Assembly: GCA_046563655.1 (NCBI GenBank)
Contig: CM102285.1
Location: forward strand, 682,001-746,000
DNA: 64,000 nucleotides
Reading direction: 5' to 3'
From: Yuukianura sp. NJ FZ-2021
Taxonomy: Eukaryota
Every line of letters begins with the position of its first letter. Position 1 is the first letter of the stretch. The notes under the pieces are model-generated. The model made no database searches, was not told the origin of the DNA, and saw nothing but the letters and a program-made list of their open reading frames with translations. The translations under genes and the position numbers were made by a program. This document shows positions 38,100 through 51,781 of this stretch, in pieces.

Positions 38100-38510
38100 C
38101 TACGTGCAGTTAAGTTTTTGTTTCAAGTTGACGAGGCCCAAATTTTGAAAAATTGAAGTTAGCGCTGGAACTGTTGCTTTTGGACCATGGACAAGGACCC
38201 ACTGTCTCAAAATTTTTTGAAATCCAATGTAAGCCAAAAATGAACCAGTTGAAAGTTGGTGCTCTGCGGCCACATCACAAGTTGTCTGGGTCAAACTTCT
38301 TTTCAAAATTCCAAAATGTGATGGCGGGAGATCCATTGCGAAGTAAATTTTTCGAAAATTTTGTTTCGCTTCAGCATCTTCTGAAAGGAGCAACGCCAAG
38401 GAATGGATTTGACCTTTAAAAAAATTGTCAAGAATTTTTTTAAATGCCCATTTTTATACTAAACTTATTAGAAAAATTTCAAAAAATTTACCTGGAGCTG
38501 AGAGGAGCAT
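38100..38510 (-). CDS. Small death-domain-like protein (exons 38510-38492 and 38413-38100)
   Basis: ATG exon MLLSAP splices in frame to an ORF containing ILRQWVLVHGPKATVPALTSIFQNLG, a death-domain helix 5-6 pattern. Confidence 0.5.
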
Positions 38511-39233
38511 TGTTCACTTTTTAGTGCTTAGGAAAATGAGTTTTCCAAAAACTTTTTCGTCTCAAAAAATGTTAAATTTTTGAAAACGGTGTCAGCTCAT
38601 AGCCACAAACTGACATGGTTAGGATAAATTGTCACTTTGTTCAATCTCCAAAGTGTTAAAGTTGCGCTGGAGCTCTCTTATCACCTCACCTCTCTACTGA
38701 TTACAACTTGTGCAAATTCTGCTCATTTTTTGCAAGGTCACACATACACTTGCAAAAAAATTGCAATTTCGAAAATTCATCAATAAATATTTAGTGTAGT
38801 GTCATAAATTTCTATTATTTCTACGCCAAGAAAGAGTCAACGGCGGTTTCTTTACGACTGCTTTCATCTTTTTTACAAAAACATTTTCGCAAAATTCAAA
38901 TTTTGGGCTTACTTATATTTCGAATTAATGGTGTTCTTTTTTTTAAAACTTTGAGGTACTAAATTCGGAAACATGAAAAAAGTACTGTCATGCATTGTGC
39001 TAAATTGATGACGCCACAATTTGCATTTTACAAAGTTTAATTTTAAACAAGCCTGTCATAAAAGTGTAAATGAACGTTTAACACCTCTGATTAAGTACTT
39101 GACACCTTTTGTTCTTTTTTCACACCTCTAATTAATTAACGCCTATTGTTTCTAGTTTGACGTTACTAATTTTTTATTAATTGTCCTCCTTTGTTACATA
39201 TTGCAGTCATTTGCAACTTAAGCTGAGCTCAGC

Positions 39234-42200
39234 ATGGCTCCACTCATCCCTGCTCAAATTCCGCGCTTTCTCACTTCGCCCCAACCTCAAGTCGTCAAAG
39301 CCGGGGACACGGTGACCTTTGAGTGTCTCCTCTGGGTCAAAGGTCAATCTCAAACGACGTGGTCAAAGGACGGACATGTCATTTCGTCCAAGACGGACAG
39401 CAGAGTGACATGCTTCGAGGGCGCGGAACTCCGAAAACTACAAATTTCACGCGTCGAGGGCCCGGATTCAGGAATTTATGTGATCAGCGTCGAAAATCAG
39501 CGTGGTAGTGCCCAAAGGAGTATGCGGTTGAATGTCATTGGTTAGCTCCAAAACTCAAAATTAAAATTTTAAAAATTTCATAACTTATTCCAAATTTCCA
39601 AAATTTCAATTTCTCTCATTTTTTTCAAGTTCGTGAAAAAATTAACATGAAAACAATTTGTTGTTCACCTGCTGCCGGAATTGTGGTAGAATCTGTTCCA
39701 GCTTTCACTATTCCAAACACCAGAGGTCACGAGGTCAATGACCCTAAAGGTCACAAGGTCAATGACCCGAGAAGTCAAGAGGTCACCAGCACACGGTAAT
39801 TTTTAAAATAGACTCACGTATTAAAACTTACATTATGAACTAATACCTCTGTTCTGATAACAATGTGCCATTTGTCATTGAGGATGATGACAGATATTGT
39901 GGTTTTTGTCTCCCCTCTTGTGCATATTGATGTTTTTGCAATATCGCAATGTTACGAAAGTTTGCAAATTCCCAATCCCCGAATTGCAAATTGTCAATTG
40001 CCTCGTTAGCTCAGTCGAAGCAGGACCTCAATAATACAACCTCTGTGCACCATTAAACTAACAAAGTTACGAAAGTTGAACTATTTAGTTAACAATTGTT
40101 TAAATGTGAATAGTTTTAGGAGAAGTGGGGGCGGGGCAAGTAGAGCAGAAGTGATTAGCATGGCTAATTCCTCCCCACCCACATTTTTGCAGCATCTGAA
40201 CGATGCCACGTCGGTGGAAGGCTCTCCGCTCGAATTGGTGGCGCAGGTCAAAGGTAAGTATTTCAAAAAAAAGTTTTCAAAAAAAAAAAAAATTGAAATT
40301 TTTTTTTTGACTCATAAAGGATCTTTTCATTTTACAAAGAATGTTTCACAAAATTCAAAGATGTGTCTGCATTGCATTGCAACAAACACAAATTTTGAAA
40401 TATAGAGATGAAATAATTTGTTTACTTAACACAAAAACTGTGTTTTTCATTGCTTTTTTTGCATGAAGCGAATTTTACCAACCGGCTTTGTATAAAAGTA
40501 AGAAACGATTGGCTATATTTACGCATGACAAAAGAACAAACTGTGTGAACATGTCTATGAATTAATTGAGGTATAAATTACAAATTGAAAACATATCTTT
40601 TTCCACTTGAATTTATTTTTGTAGGTGCTGCGGAAGTTGTTTGGTTGAAGAATGAGCAGCTACTCCCAAACTCACCATATTTTCAGTACATTTCGGATCG
40701 GAAGCGAGGTTTATTCAAATTGGTCATTCGAGATCCTTTCGTCCAGGACTCAGGATTATACGTCTGCGAAGCCTACAACGGATCCGGTGCAAGCATCACT
40801 TTTGCAACAGTAACCATCATTCCAAGTAAGGTCTCAAAATTCTGAAAAACTGCTTCTTCTTTTTTTTCAAAATTTTGAAGTTAATACAGGCTTTGAATTT
40901 GTTGAATTTTAGCCGACACTGATCAGAAATAGTTGATTTTTGTACATTTTATAGAGCAAAATTGGAATCTTTTTGGTTCTTTTTAGTTTTTTTTAGCTTT
41001 GAAAGTGTTATGACCGCGGTTTAATTTTGAAATTTGTAAGTGATTTGTTTATGTTTGTAGGTTCAGAAAGATACAAGAATTCGGGGTCAACCAAGGTCAA
41101 ATATTTGAAAGCGAGGTCAAAAGGTCACGAAAGTGTTGATACAAACGGAATTGACGGTGACTTTGAACGGACACCAACCGTAGAGTTGCCTACGTCACTG
41201 CGCATGCTCAATGGCAAAGTGGAAGTCAGTGAGTGTGGCTCCTCCCTCATTTTAACGCCGCACCACTCCAAAAATGGTTCTGCGCAGGTCAAACAACCTT
41301 TGACCTTGACTTCTGCGCAGGTCAAGCATCCCTTGACAGGTCAAATGTCCCCATCCGACGAGTGCTCAAACATGGCCAGCATGACAGTTATACCACAAGA
41401 AGTGTCTTCCCAGATATCTGAACATGACAAAATCGACTCATGCGCAGAACTCCAAAACCTTGCACAACAAGCCGTAAAGGGAATCATTGCCTCGGCGCAT
41501 CACTCTGTCGAATTTACCCAAGCAGAAGTGCATGACCCTCCACTCCAAGTTGTCAACTGTACAGAAGAAACTTTTCACCAAACCGAAACTGCGCATGCGC
41601 AGAAGTCTTTTGATGACACAAACGACGATGGTCGACATGACTCTGGCATTATTGCATGTCTGGACAGTTCCGATGACTTGTCTTCAGCGGAGCACAACTC
41701 TCCGTCCCCAACAGTCGAGGAATTCAACCCTACCACAAATTTGAATTTTTCCCGCGCAGACGCAGAACAGAGGCTGGGCAAGTGCCCGGTAGTGAACGGC
41801 CCAACGTACCTCATTGCTCTTCTAGGAGAACAAGTCCATATTAGGATCAAGTACTCTGGAATTCCACAACCTAGGGTAGAGTGGACCAAAAACGTAAGTG
41901 TTGACGAAATTGCTGATGACAAAATGTCATTGTTGATGAAATCGTTGTTGACATATTTGACATGACCTCTAGGGCAAGGAATGTGGACAGGTTGAGGATA
42001 ACAGTGAGTTGTCGAGTGTACGGATTGCGCAAGTGAGCTACGAAGACAGCGGGCGGTACGTGGCTCGGATCTCAAATGACCATGGCACAATTCTGCATCA
42101 TTGTTTCCTGGCTGTCGAAGGTGACACATTCCTCTAATACATTAACACTCCCTTTGACATCTTCACATGTCACTCATAACAATGAAAACTTTCAAAATTT

Positions 42201-45156
42201 TGAAAAATAAAGAAAGAAATTCTCAAAATTTTGATCCGAGAAATTTTGAATTTCTGATAAAGTACGGCAGAATTTAGCTACGTCTTGGCACATTTCTGAA
42301 GGCAGAATTTTTTCCCCCGCTTCTTTATGACTAATTCTTGCAGTTTTTTTTTTGAGTATTTTAAACTGTTTCTATTGAATGAAATTGAACTTTTTGAAAA
42401 TTGTTGTTGTTTTGTCTAAAGATTGATATTTTTCTAAAAATTGACATTTTAAATCTTGAACTTTTTAGAAATTTTTGTTTCCGTTAACTCAAAAGTGAAA
42501 ATGGTCGAGGGTGTACAGAATGAATGAATTTTATAGATTCAATTTTCAGAATTTTGGTGTGTCACAGACAGAAATTCTGAAAACTTTTTAAACTGCTAGC
42601 ACTGGGAGGAATTTGCAGGAAGTGTTCGCATTGTTTCTAGTTTTGCAAATGAGCAAATTTTTGCAATGTGTTTTTTTTTTGCGAGTCATTGCACAATTAG
42701 TAACAGTTGATGTATTGTTTGTGCCAATTTTAGGTCCACCTCTGCCTCCCTCAACTCCTCCATCGACGATTTTCAACTGCCAGAGTGGAACGGGGTCAAT
42801 TTCAGTTTCATGGTCAGGGTCACCGTACGGTAAGATCACAATCTTATCTCAAAGTTTGACAACCATAACGAGAATAACAAGAAACACAAGAAAAAGCAAC
42901 AAAATGGGTCCAATTTAAAAAAAAAAGTTGTTGAAAAGTTGAATTTCAAATTTTGAAAGTTCATTTTTTTCAAATTTTTGGCGGGTGGTAGATGGTGGTT
43001 CAATTCTGAAGGCGTACATTGTTCAAGTATCTGTCGACAACTCAGAGTGGAGTCAGCTCGGAGCGGTGTAAGTTACAGCATTTTGAATTTTTAAGAATAT
43101 TTCAAAATTTTGAGTTTTTCAAGTTAGTTTTTGACTTTTTTTTTAAGGAATTCACTTACTTTTACACTGACAAATCCAATTCCCGGTGGAATTTACCGGT
43201 TCCGAGTCGCTTGTGAGAACATGTACGGTATTGGACCGGTCAGTGCCCCTTCCGAACCATTGGAGTTTCCGATGACCTTGACCTCTGCAGAAGTCGAAGA
43301 TTTTGAAGCTTGTCAAGGTCATGACTTCGAACAAACCGCTGTGGTGTACCGTGACGTTCAAATTCGGCGCGGAACAATTCAAGATTTTTACGAGAAAGGG
43401 GAGGAGCTTGGCAAGGGCAGGTTTGGAACAGTGTTCAACGTAAAACTGAAAGAAACAGGAGAAAATTTCGCGGCAAAAATCGTACGGTGTATTAAAGTGG
43501 CTGACAAGGTCAAAGTTCGACAAGAGATTGAAATTATGAACAGTCTGAGACATGCCAAACTACTACAAATTATGGATGCCCTGGAGAATGACAAGGAACT
43601 CTGCATCATCACTGAAAAGTAAAAATCGTCGAAATACTTGTAATTGCTTGATTTCCAAAGTAATTCAAAGTAATTACACAAAGTGGTCAACGATAAGCAG
43701 ACAGTTTTATACTTGCAGTATCTGAACCAGCTGGAGTTGAATATCGCCAAATTTTCAATGAATTACTTTCAGTAATTACGGTAATTAGACGGTAATTCCT
43801 TGATGTAATTGAACTACTTTCTTAGGATCAATGGAGGTGAACTATTTGAGAGAGTAGTAGCAGATGACCAACCATTGACAGAGTTCGATTGTATTGGATT
43901 CATGCGACAAATCTGTGACGGCGTGCGATTCATGCACGTAAAAAATATTATTCATTTGGATCTGAAAGTAAGTCTAGCAAAACAATTTCAAAAAAAAAAT
44001 TCAAAAAGTTTTCAAAATTTTGAGATGTTTTTAGCCCGAGAATATCCTGTGCCTCACTCACTCTACGTACAATATCAAAATCATTAGATTTCGGTCTTTC
44101 TCAAAAATACGACAGTGCAGTTCCACTACGGGTTTTATTCGGGTAAATTCCAGAAAAATGTGAAATTTTGAAAATGGATTCAAAAAAAGTTCAAAATTAT
44201 GAAATTTCTATGTTTTTTTTAGTACTCCGGAGTTCATAGCTCCAGAAATCATCAACTACGAACCGATTAGTCCTGCTAGTGACATGTGGGCCGTAGGTGT
44301 CATCACTTATGTGCTCCTGTCCGGTCTGAGTCCGTTCATGGGTGACACAGACAGCGAAACTTTCTTCGAATATTACACAAGGCAATCTTTGACTTTGAAC
44401 GATGAGTCATTCGATCCTATCAGTGAAGATGCCAAGGACTTCATCTCAAAGCTACTTATTCGGAAGACAAGAGTAAATTACAATTAAAAATAAATTTCAA
44501 TTATAACCTAATTATTTTAATTACAATTTATTAAAACTTATTTAATTTCAACAGAAAACGACTAACTGCAACGCAATGTTTGGAGCACAAGTGGCTAGCA
44601 TATCCCGAACCAAAGAAAAACATTGTCATTCAAACGGATAAGCTGAAACGGTTCATCATTCGCCAGAAAGTGGCAGGTAATTCATGTAATTTAAATTTTG
44701 TTTCGTAATTACTTTGTAATTTGCAGTAATTACTTGGTAATTACATGTAATTCAGATCTTTCCTATTATTATTTCGTAATTACATTGTACTTTGAAGTAA
44801 TTACTTTGTAATTACATATAATTTCACATATTTTCTAGAAAACTGGAAATGCAATAAGAGCATTGGGGCGCATGACAAATTTGTCTCGAAAAAGCAGCGA
44901 AATTTCTTCACAGGGAAGCCACAGATGTGACTCAGAAAGTAAAGCGCCAGGTATGATTCTGTGTTCAAAATTTTTGAACAAAGTTTTCAAAATTTCAATC
45001 GAAATATTTGAAAATTTCGAAATTTTAGATTCCTTGAACTTGGATGTCGAAAAAGTATCTGAAACGGATGAAGATGATAATTTTGCAGAAGGAACTTTGA
45101 ACACCGTAAACGCCAACTTCAAAGGCAACAAAAGAATCGACAGTGCCAATAGCTAA
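39234..45156 (+). CDS. Myosin light chain kinase-like protein (Ig domains, Fn3, CAMK-group kinase); several +1 frameshifts at 44080-44675
   Basis: Ig motifs (DSGIY, DSGLYVCEAYN, DSGRY), Fn3 YRFRVACEN, kinase ELGKGRFGTV, GGELFERVV, IIHLDLKPEN, GTPEFIAPE, DMWAVGVITYVLLSGLSPFMGD. Confidence 0.9.
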
Positions 45157-46631
45157 GTTAAATTATATTCCTTTTGTATAAGATCAAAACTAATTACAGA
45201 ACTTAATTAACTTTTTTGTTAATTAACTGTTTAAGTTTAGGTTAAAATTAAAACATATTTGATAACACCGCCAGTCGTTGTGCGTACCATTCCCGTTTCC
45301 ACATTTTTTTCTGTGTTGGTTTTTAAAATTCCGATTGCGTGTTTTCTTTTTTCTAAAACCTCAGATTTATTTATTATTTTTTTAAACAAGAGTTTTGTGG
45401 CGCCAAAATTTTCGTTTCTTTCGCAAGTAAGATTGGGATGAAGTTGTAAAACACTTTTTATCGTGGCTCATAAAACGGAATTTATTTTTAGTTTCTGCTG
45501 TTATAGAATTAGTCTATTTATAGATTGGAATGAAGATCTCATCTTATTGTCTTTTCTCATCCAAAGTTAAAGTGGATTCACATAATGTACAAAATGCCAA
45601 CGCTTATCTTAATTTCATCTTGGAGTGGCGGCAAAATTTCAAAAATTTCACATAAAAAGATCAATTTTGGAAAAAAAATCACAACTTGAAATGCCAATTC
45701 TGAATGAAAAAAAAATCTCTTAAACCCAACCTAAAAAAAACGCAACCGTGTCAAATTTGGCGAAAAACATAAATTCGGGTGTCATGTTTTTTCTTTCAAA
45801 AGCAAATAAAAATCCCAATATAAACAATTCTAGTCAAAATTCAGTAGTTTCAAAAATGTATAATTCAAAAAAAAAAAAAAGATTACAACGTATCTCAAGT
45901 TGGAAGTTTTTCCAATTAGTTGTGTTGATTTTTTTCATCTTACAGCGTGAAGCGTTCTAATAGAACATTTCAATTTTTTTTTCAAAAATTCTTCATTTTT
46001 AACAGGAAGTAGGACATTAATGTCTTGATTTTGTAAGGCAGAAGAGCGTTTTTTAACTAGCAATTTACTTTTGTGTTTTTGTTTTAGTCATGTGACCAAA
46101 AGCATTGAAATTTTTAGTTGTAAAACTCAATGTCTATAAATAAATGACTAGCTGCGGCTGTCCTAGAAGTAGAATTTGAGGTCATTCAAAATTCAACAGG
46201 TAGGAATAAAGTCAATATCACAAGGAAGCAATTTATGACTCAAAACTAATCATTAGGCGATTCAAAAACAACAACACAGTCCAACTGTTCTCAAAAACAC
46301 AGCTAATGTAGGCGGAAATCAGGTTTTTTTAAAACTACAGCTCAAACTTCGTAGTTTCAATAAAGTTGTTTTTTGTAATCGATATTTTAGACTCAAGTTT
46401 TTCAAAAACTTGTTCAAATGCACCAAATTCGGATTAGAAAAAGTTTCTACATTTTTTTCAATTTTGTTCCTGCTTCAATTCTTCATACGGTAGATTTTTT
46501 CCCAAAGCCGCAACACAGTATTGCAACCAACTTTTCCCAAAACCAAACAAATTTTTCTGTTTAAAAATTCCATTCAATATTTTGAAATCTTCGTTCAAAA
46601 TTTTCAATTTCATCGTGTTTTTCTTGTAAAG

Positions 46632-49600
46632 GTCAAGTAGCTGCTCATTCTGGGTATTCCCAGGGGACAATGACAACGCCGTGGCAAGGTCAACCGCCGT
46701 AAATCGAGAGGTCATTGACCCCGAACCATTGACAAAAGGAGAGGTCATTGACCTTGAACCCGTCTACAAAACTTGAGGCCATTGACCCCAAGCTATGCAA
46801 TTTCGACGGATCCAAAATTGTTCCACAGAATTACAACATCAACCTTCCGCCTCCAACTGTCAACGGTAAGCATTTTAAGCAAAACCGGCACAATTTTTGA
46901 AATTTCGGAAAACAGAATTTGAGTTTGCTACTATCAAAAGTTTCAATTTGGTTTTTGATTTATACTTTACAAAAGCGTAAATTCTGTAAATTGTAAACCG
47001 TAAAAGTTGACTTTTTTGCGTAAACTTTACGGCTGAAGTGATGACACTGAAATTTCAACGCGTTGGAGAGGTTGTCTGCAACATCTAACCTCTACAAATG
47101 CCAACAACTTAAATCAAGTCGATTCCTTGCTCTAAAAATTCTAAAAATACATTTTTGAAAAACTGCAAAAGTTTTTCAAAAAAGTATTTTTAAAACATTT
47201 TTATAAAAATACTTTTAAAAAACTATTTTTACTTAGGGACTCCAACTACTGTTCAAGTGGCGATTCTCATAGTGAATATTCGTGATATCAAGGATCTGAG
47301 TGAGGTGACAACTTTTTGCAACAACTTTGTCAACACTACGACATATTTTCGTTTTTCAAAATCAGGAATGTCCTTTTTCAAAAAAAGTATTCTAAACTTG
47401 AAATTTCTAAGAACAGGAACTGACACTGGAAATGAACTTGAAAATGGGTTGGAAGGACTCACGTCTGAAGCATTTGGGCGAATTGGCAAAATCTCAAAAT
47501 CAAAGCTTCATTGTACTGCATCCCGATACGCTTCACAAACTTTGGCATCCAGACATCTACATTGGTAACACAAATTTCAAAATTTCAAAACAAAAATTCA
47601 TTTTTTAGAAAAAAAAAAATCATGAAACCACCTCTCTTCAGATAATTTTTGGCACTCCGCTAATTTTTTTTTAGTCAAATAATTTTTTTCTGCTCATACT
47701 AAAAAATTTACGACTAAAAATAATCTTTACGAAAAACTTAAATTCTTTCAAAAAATTTACTCGAATATTTAAAAATTCCGTAAATATGTGCTCTCGCATC
47801 ACGTGATGTAACTTTCAAATAGACATAAAGTGTTATGTAATCAATCATGCAAGTTTTGTGCATAGTTCATGTATCATGCAAGTTTTATGTAAGAATCACC
47901 TCATCAGCATACCATATTAAGCATCGTGCAAAAAATCATGTAAATTATGTAACGGAGTAAAAAAAAACATCGTGGCACGTGACACAGAGATAAGCGAGCG
48001 ATTCTAGAAACGACTAGAATTACTAGAAATCTTGAGTTCTAAATTTAAAGAATTTTTTTTTAAAACAACTTTGGTTTAAATTTTCTTGTTCTAAACAGAT
48101 CATGTGAAGATGATTGCCCAACCTTCGATCGTATCTAAACCAGCATCTCTGCGTGCCTATGTCGACGGTACACTTCGGTATTCCGCCAGGTAATTAATCA
48201 ACATGTTACAAAACTTACGACTTCCTGTCAATTCCCAAGGGCGTGCTCAAACTTAAAAGAGCGACAGACCGTTACTGTAGCAGTTAAGCACAACCGGGAA
48301 TGTGACACGAACATTTCTTCAGCGCCAACATTTGAATTTGATTTTGAGTTTTGAATTTCCCGTCTGGTTTCTGTTTTCCAATTGGCCTAACCTACGTTCA
48401 TTAATCATGTGGAAACCTTGGTAGTTTTTTTTTAAACTTGAGTTTTTTAAATTTTAGGCGAAGTGCCAAATGCCAAGTACCTCCTTTGCTTAGCGGTCTG
48501 AAAACTGCTAGTGCTAATTTTTCCAAAACGATTTTTTAAAAAGTTTTTCTAATCTGTTCAAACAGACCTTGAAAAACTTCAATTTGTATTGATTGACATT
48601 TTCAAAATTGGAAGATGTTGAGGAAGCTCATTTTCAACTAATTACCCCTAAGGCTAAAATAACTTTTAAAAAATGCAGGTTGACGTTTGCTCAAGCTTGC
48701 CAAATGGATTTTTTGTTCTATCCTGCCGGTGAGTTTTTGTTGATATTTTTGATGTTGATGAAATTTAATGTTGCACTATTTACTTTTGTACTAACACTGT
48801 GTGTTTTAAATTGACGTATGGACAAATTCCAGTTTAGATAAACTTTGCTCTTGAAACTTATTTTGGCCAAAGATGAGTTGTGTTTTCTGGTGACACTTTC
48901 AAAATAATTTATTAGTCAAAATTCTAATTTCATTTTCATTTCACCGGATTATGACAAGTGAAAATTTATTGAAAACATAATTTTTTTTAAAACTTTTTTT
49001 TAAACAAAATTGTGTTCTGTTTGAACAGGATAACTCAAAATTATCACTTCACACAAATTTTATTAACTAAAAGTTTGAGGTCCTTTTTTTTTCTAACAAG
49101 CTAACGCTGTTGAACGGTGCTGTAAAAAGCATCTGCAGTTTGAAATTTTGTGCTATGTTAAGTTTCGTTTATTTAAATCTTGAAATTTTATTTTTCTGTT
49201 TTTTTCGTTGGACAGATACGCAGCATTGTAGAGTGGATTTGATGTCGTACGCTTACAGCGACGACAAATTGATGTTGACGTGGAAGAATCCTCGCGGTGC
49301 GTCGTTAGTCCATAAGTTGAAACTGCCAAATGTTGACGTAGGCATGGACGATCCAGAAACGTTTCGAAATCATAACAAGTTCAGCAAAGTACGCAGGACT
49401 GCGATTCACGATTCTGCTGCGTCGCAAACTTGCGTACCACCTACTGCAAACGTACTTACCAAGCTCACTTTTTGTCTTCATCTCATGGCTGTCTTTCTTA
49501 GTAAGTAACGCTATTTTGCAAAAAAACGTGCAAATTTATTTTAAAAATGTTTTGTTTTACATGTTCTTTTTTGCTAGGTGCCGCTTGACTCTGTACCAGG

Positions 49601-50913
49601 TACATAAATCACAACAGATAAAAATATTGCTTGGTTTTTAAAATTTTTCAAAAAGCAAAATTCACAACTTTTTAACTTTGTGCTTCTAGGTCGAATGGCA
49701 CTTTGCATGACGTAAGCTACGCTCTTTATAACTCGTTTTAGTATGCAATATATTTTTACGAATGTATTTTTAAAGTTTTCAATTTCAAAAAAAAAATTGA
49801 AATAGGACGTTACTGACGCTGACATCAATGTTCGCCTCCGTCAGGTACGTCATACGCCCATTTCCAGTTGGATTTTAATTTCACTTGAAAAATGTTGGCT
49901 TCACTTCAATTTTTTAACTGTTTTTTTTTAAAAAAAGTTTTATGGAATTTTACAAACCAATGAAATTGACTCATAATGTTATCTCATATTTCATAACGAC
50001 TGCAGATCAATTTCAATTTGGATTTTTCAAAAATCAAAATTTTGAATTTGTGAAAATATTTGTATTGCGAATCATAAAACTTTTTGAGAAATGATTTCTT
50101 GTCAATAGGCAAAACATTCCGGTTGTCTCTTACATCAAAGTAAGCACCACTTCATCAATTTCATTCCTTTTTCTTTTGCAAATTTTCAAAAATTCATTGT
50201 TTTTTACTACTAAATTGTTTGATTTCCTTAGGCAATTGACGTATGGATGGTTTCTATGATTGTATTTGTTTTCCTCTCACTCTTGGAGTTCACATGCATC
50301 CTCAAGTAAGATGACTTTTCAAATTTGATTCAAATCAACTCAAAATTTTAAATTTTGCATGAAAAAACAACAAATGTTTGAAATTATTTTTTAGACTAAA
50401 AGCTGCTGCTGCTCGTGAAGCTGCTAAAAGAAAGGAAGGAAAAGTTGACGACATTCCAATGAAGGAAATCAAGTCTAGTCCAGCTACAACTACTCCAGTC
50501 GCTCAAAATTTTGAGTCGTCTTCGTCTCATTTGTCTTCATTTGTCGATACTACTCAGGTACCATAACTATGATTTAAAATAAACAAATTCACACACACAC
50601 CATGACATAGTATAAGCTAATTCAAAGTAACTGTTAGGATGAAGGCGGCCTTAATGCGTCTCCATCACCGCCGCTGCTCAATAGCGATACACAGGAGACT
50701 AAGCCTTCAGTAGCTCCTGCGCTCACTGCGGAGGTCAAAGGTCACTGGGAGAAACGACTCGAAAAATACCCGCCAGATTGGATCGAACACTGGACTTCAA
50801 TAGCTCTCCCATGCCTCTTCTTTGCGTTCCAACTGGCCTACTGGCCATTACTCCTCTTCTTGGCCAAATACTACGACAAGTTCACAAACACAGTCTACTA
50901 CTCCGCAGCTTAA
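46632..50913 (+). CDS. Cys-loop ligand-gated ion channel subunit A, likely anion-selective; start uncertain, many short exons
   Basis: LWHPDIY, Cys loop CQMDFLFYPADTQHC, M1 YHLLQTYLPSSLFVFISWLSFL, M2 SVPGRMALCMTTLLTL, VSYIKAIDVW. Apparent +1 frameshifts near 46770 and 49387. Confidence 0.85.
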
Positions 50914-51781
50914 ACATAATCTCAATTATATATTAATTAACTCAATTATATTATTTAATTTAATTATATTATATTTTGCTATTTAACTTGAAAATATATT
51001 TTAGATCGGCCAATGCACAACGCCCACATTATATTTTCTGACTTCTGCATGATTTTGTTATAATCGCCTTGCACAATTTTCATCATGACATGTTTTTGTT
51101 GACTTTTGCTGCTTTTTGTGAATTTTCTACTTAAAAATTCAATTTTCTAAATTATAATTAAATTATAATTCAAGTCTCAACATTTCCAAGCCTTTAAACT
51201 TTAATTTAATAAAGTTAATTAATTAGCATTTGAGATTTGAAGTGTACAAATAAATAAATTTGAAATGTTGAGTCGTTTTCGAGATTGAACAGACAGACAG
51301 ACAAGGTCAATGCATAAAGTAGGTTTCGCTACTTAATAAAGCATAGGTTATGTTATAATTAGAGGAAATTTTTGCACTGAAGAAAAGTTTTGGACTAAAA
51401 AGTTCTAAAAAGTTTATTTTTGAGACGGATCGATTCGTAATTTTTTTTACTCATCTTCAGTTTGGTTTCTGTTCAACTTTTTGAGATTATTTCGGATCAT
51501 TCGCTTTTTCCACTTCACTGAATTCAGTTCCTATTTCGATTTTGTGATCTTTTAGTAAAGTGCAGCACACACTTAGGACGTTGAGTGAGTGTGCTCAATT
51601 CAATTGCACTTCAAGAATTATCTCCTCCTACAATTTTCTTTAAGTAATGCACTAAAAAACTAACTGAGAAAAGAGGAAGAAAGTGCTTTGGCGTCATTAT
51701 AAAACTTCTGCAAAAAAAGCCAGAGACTCTGCAAAATTTTTAGATTTTTTTTGTTTTGCAAAACAGCGATTACTGTGCACT

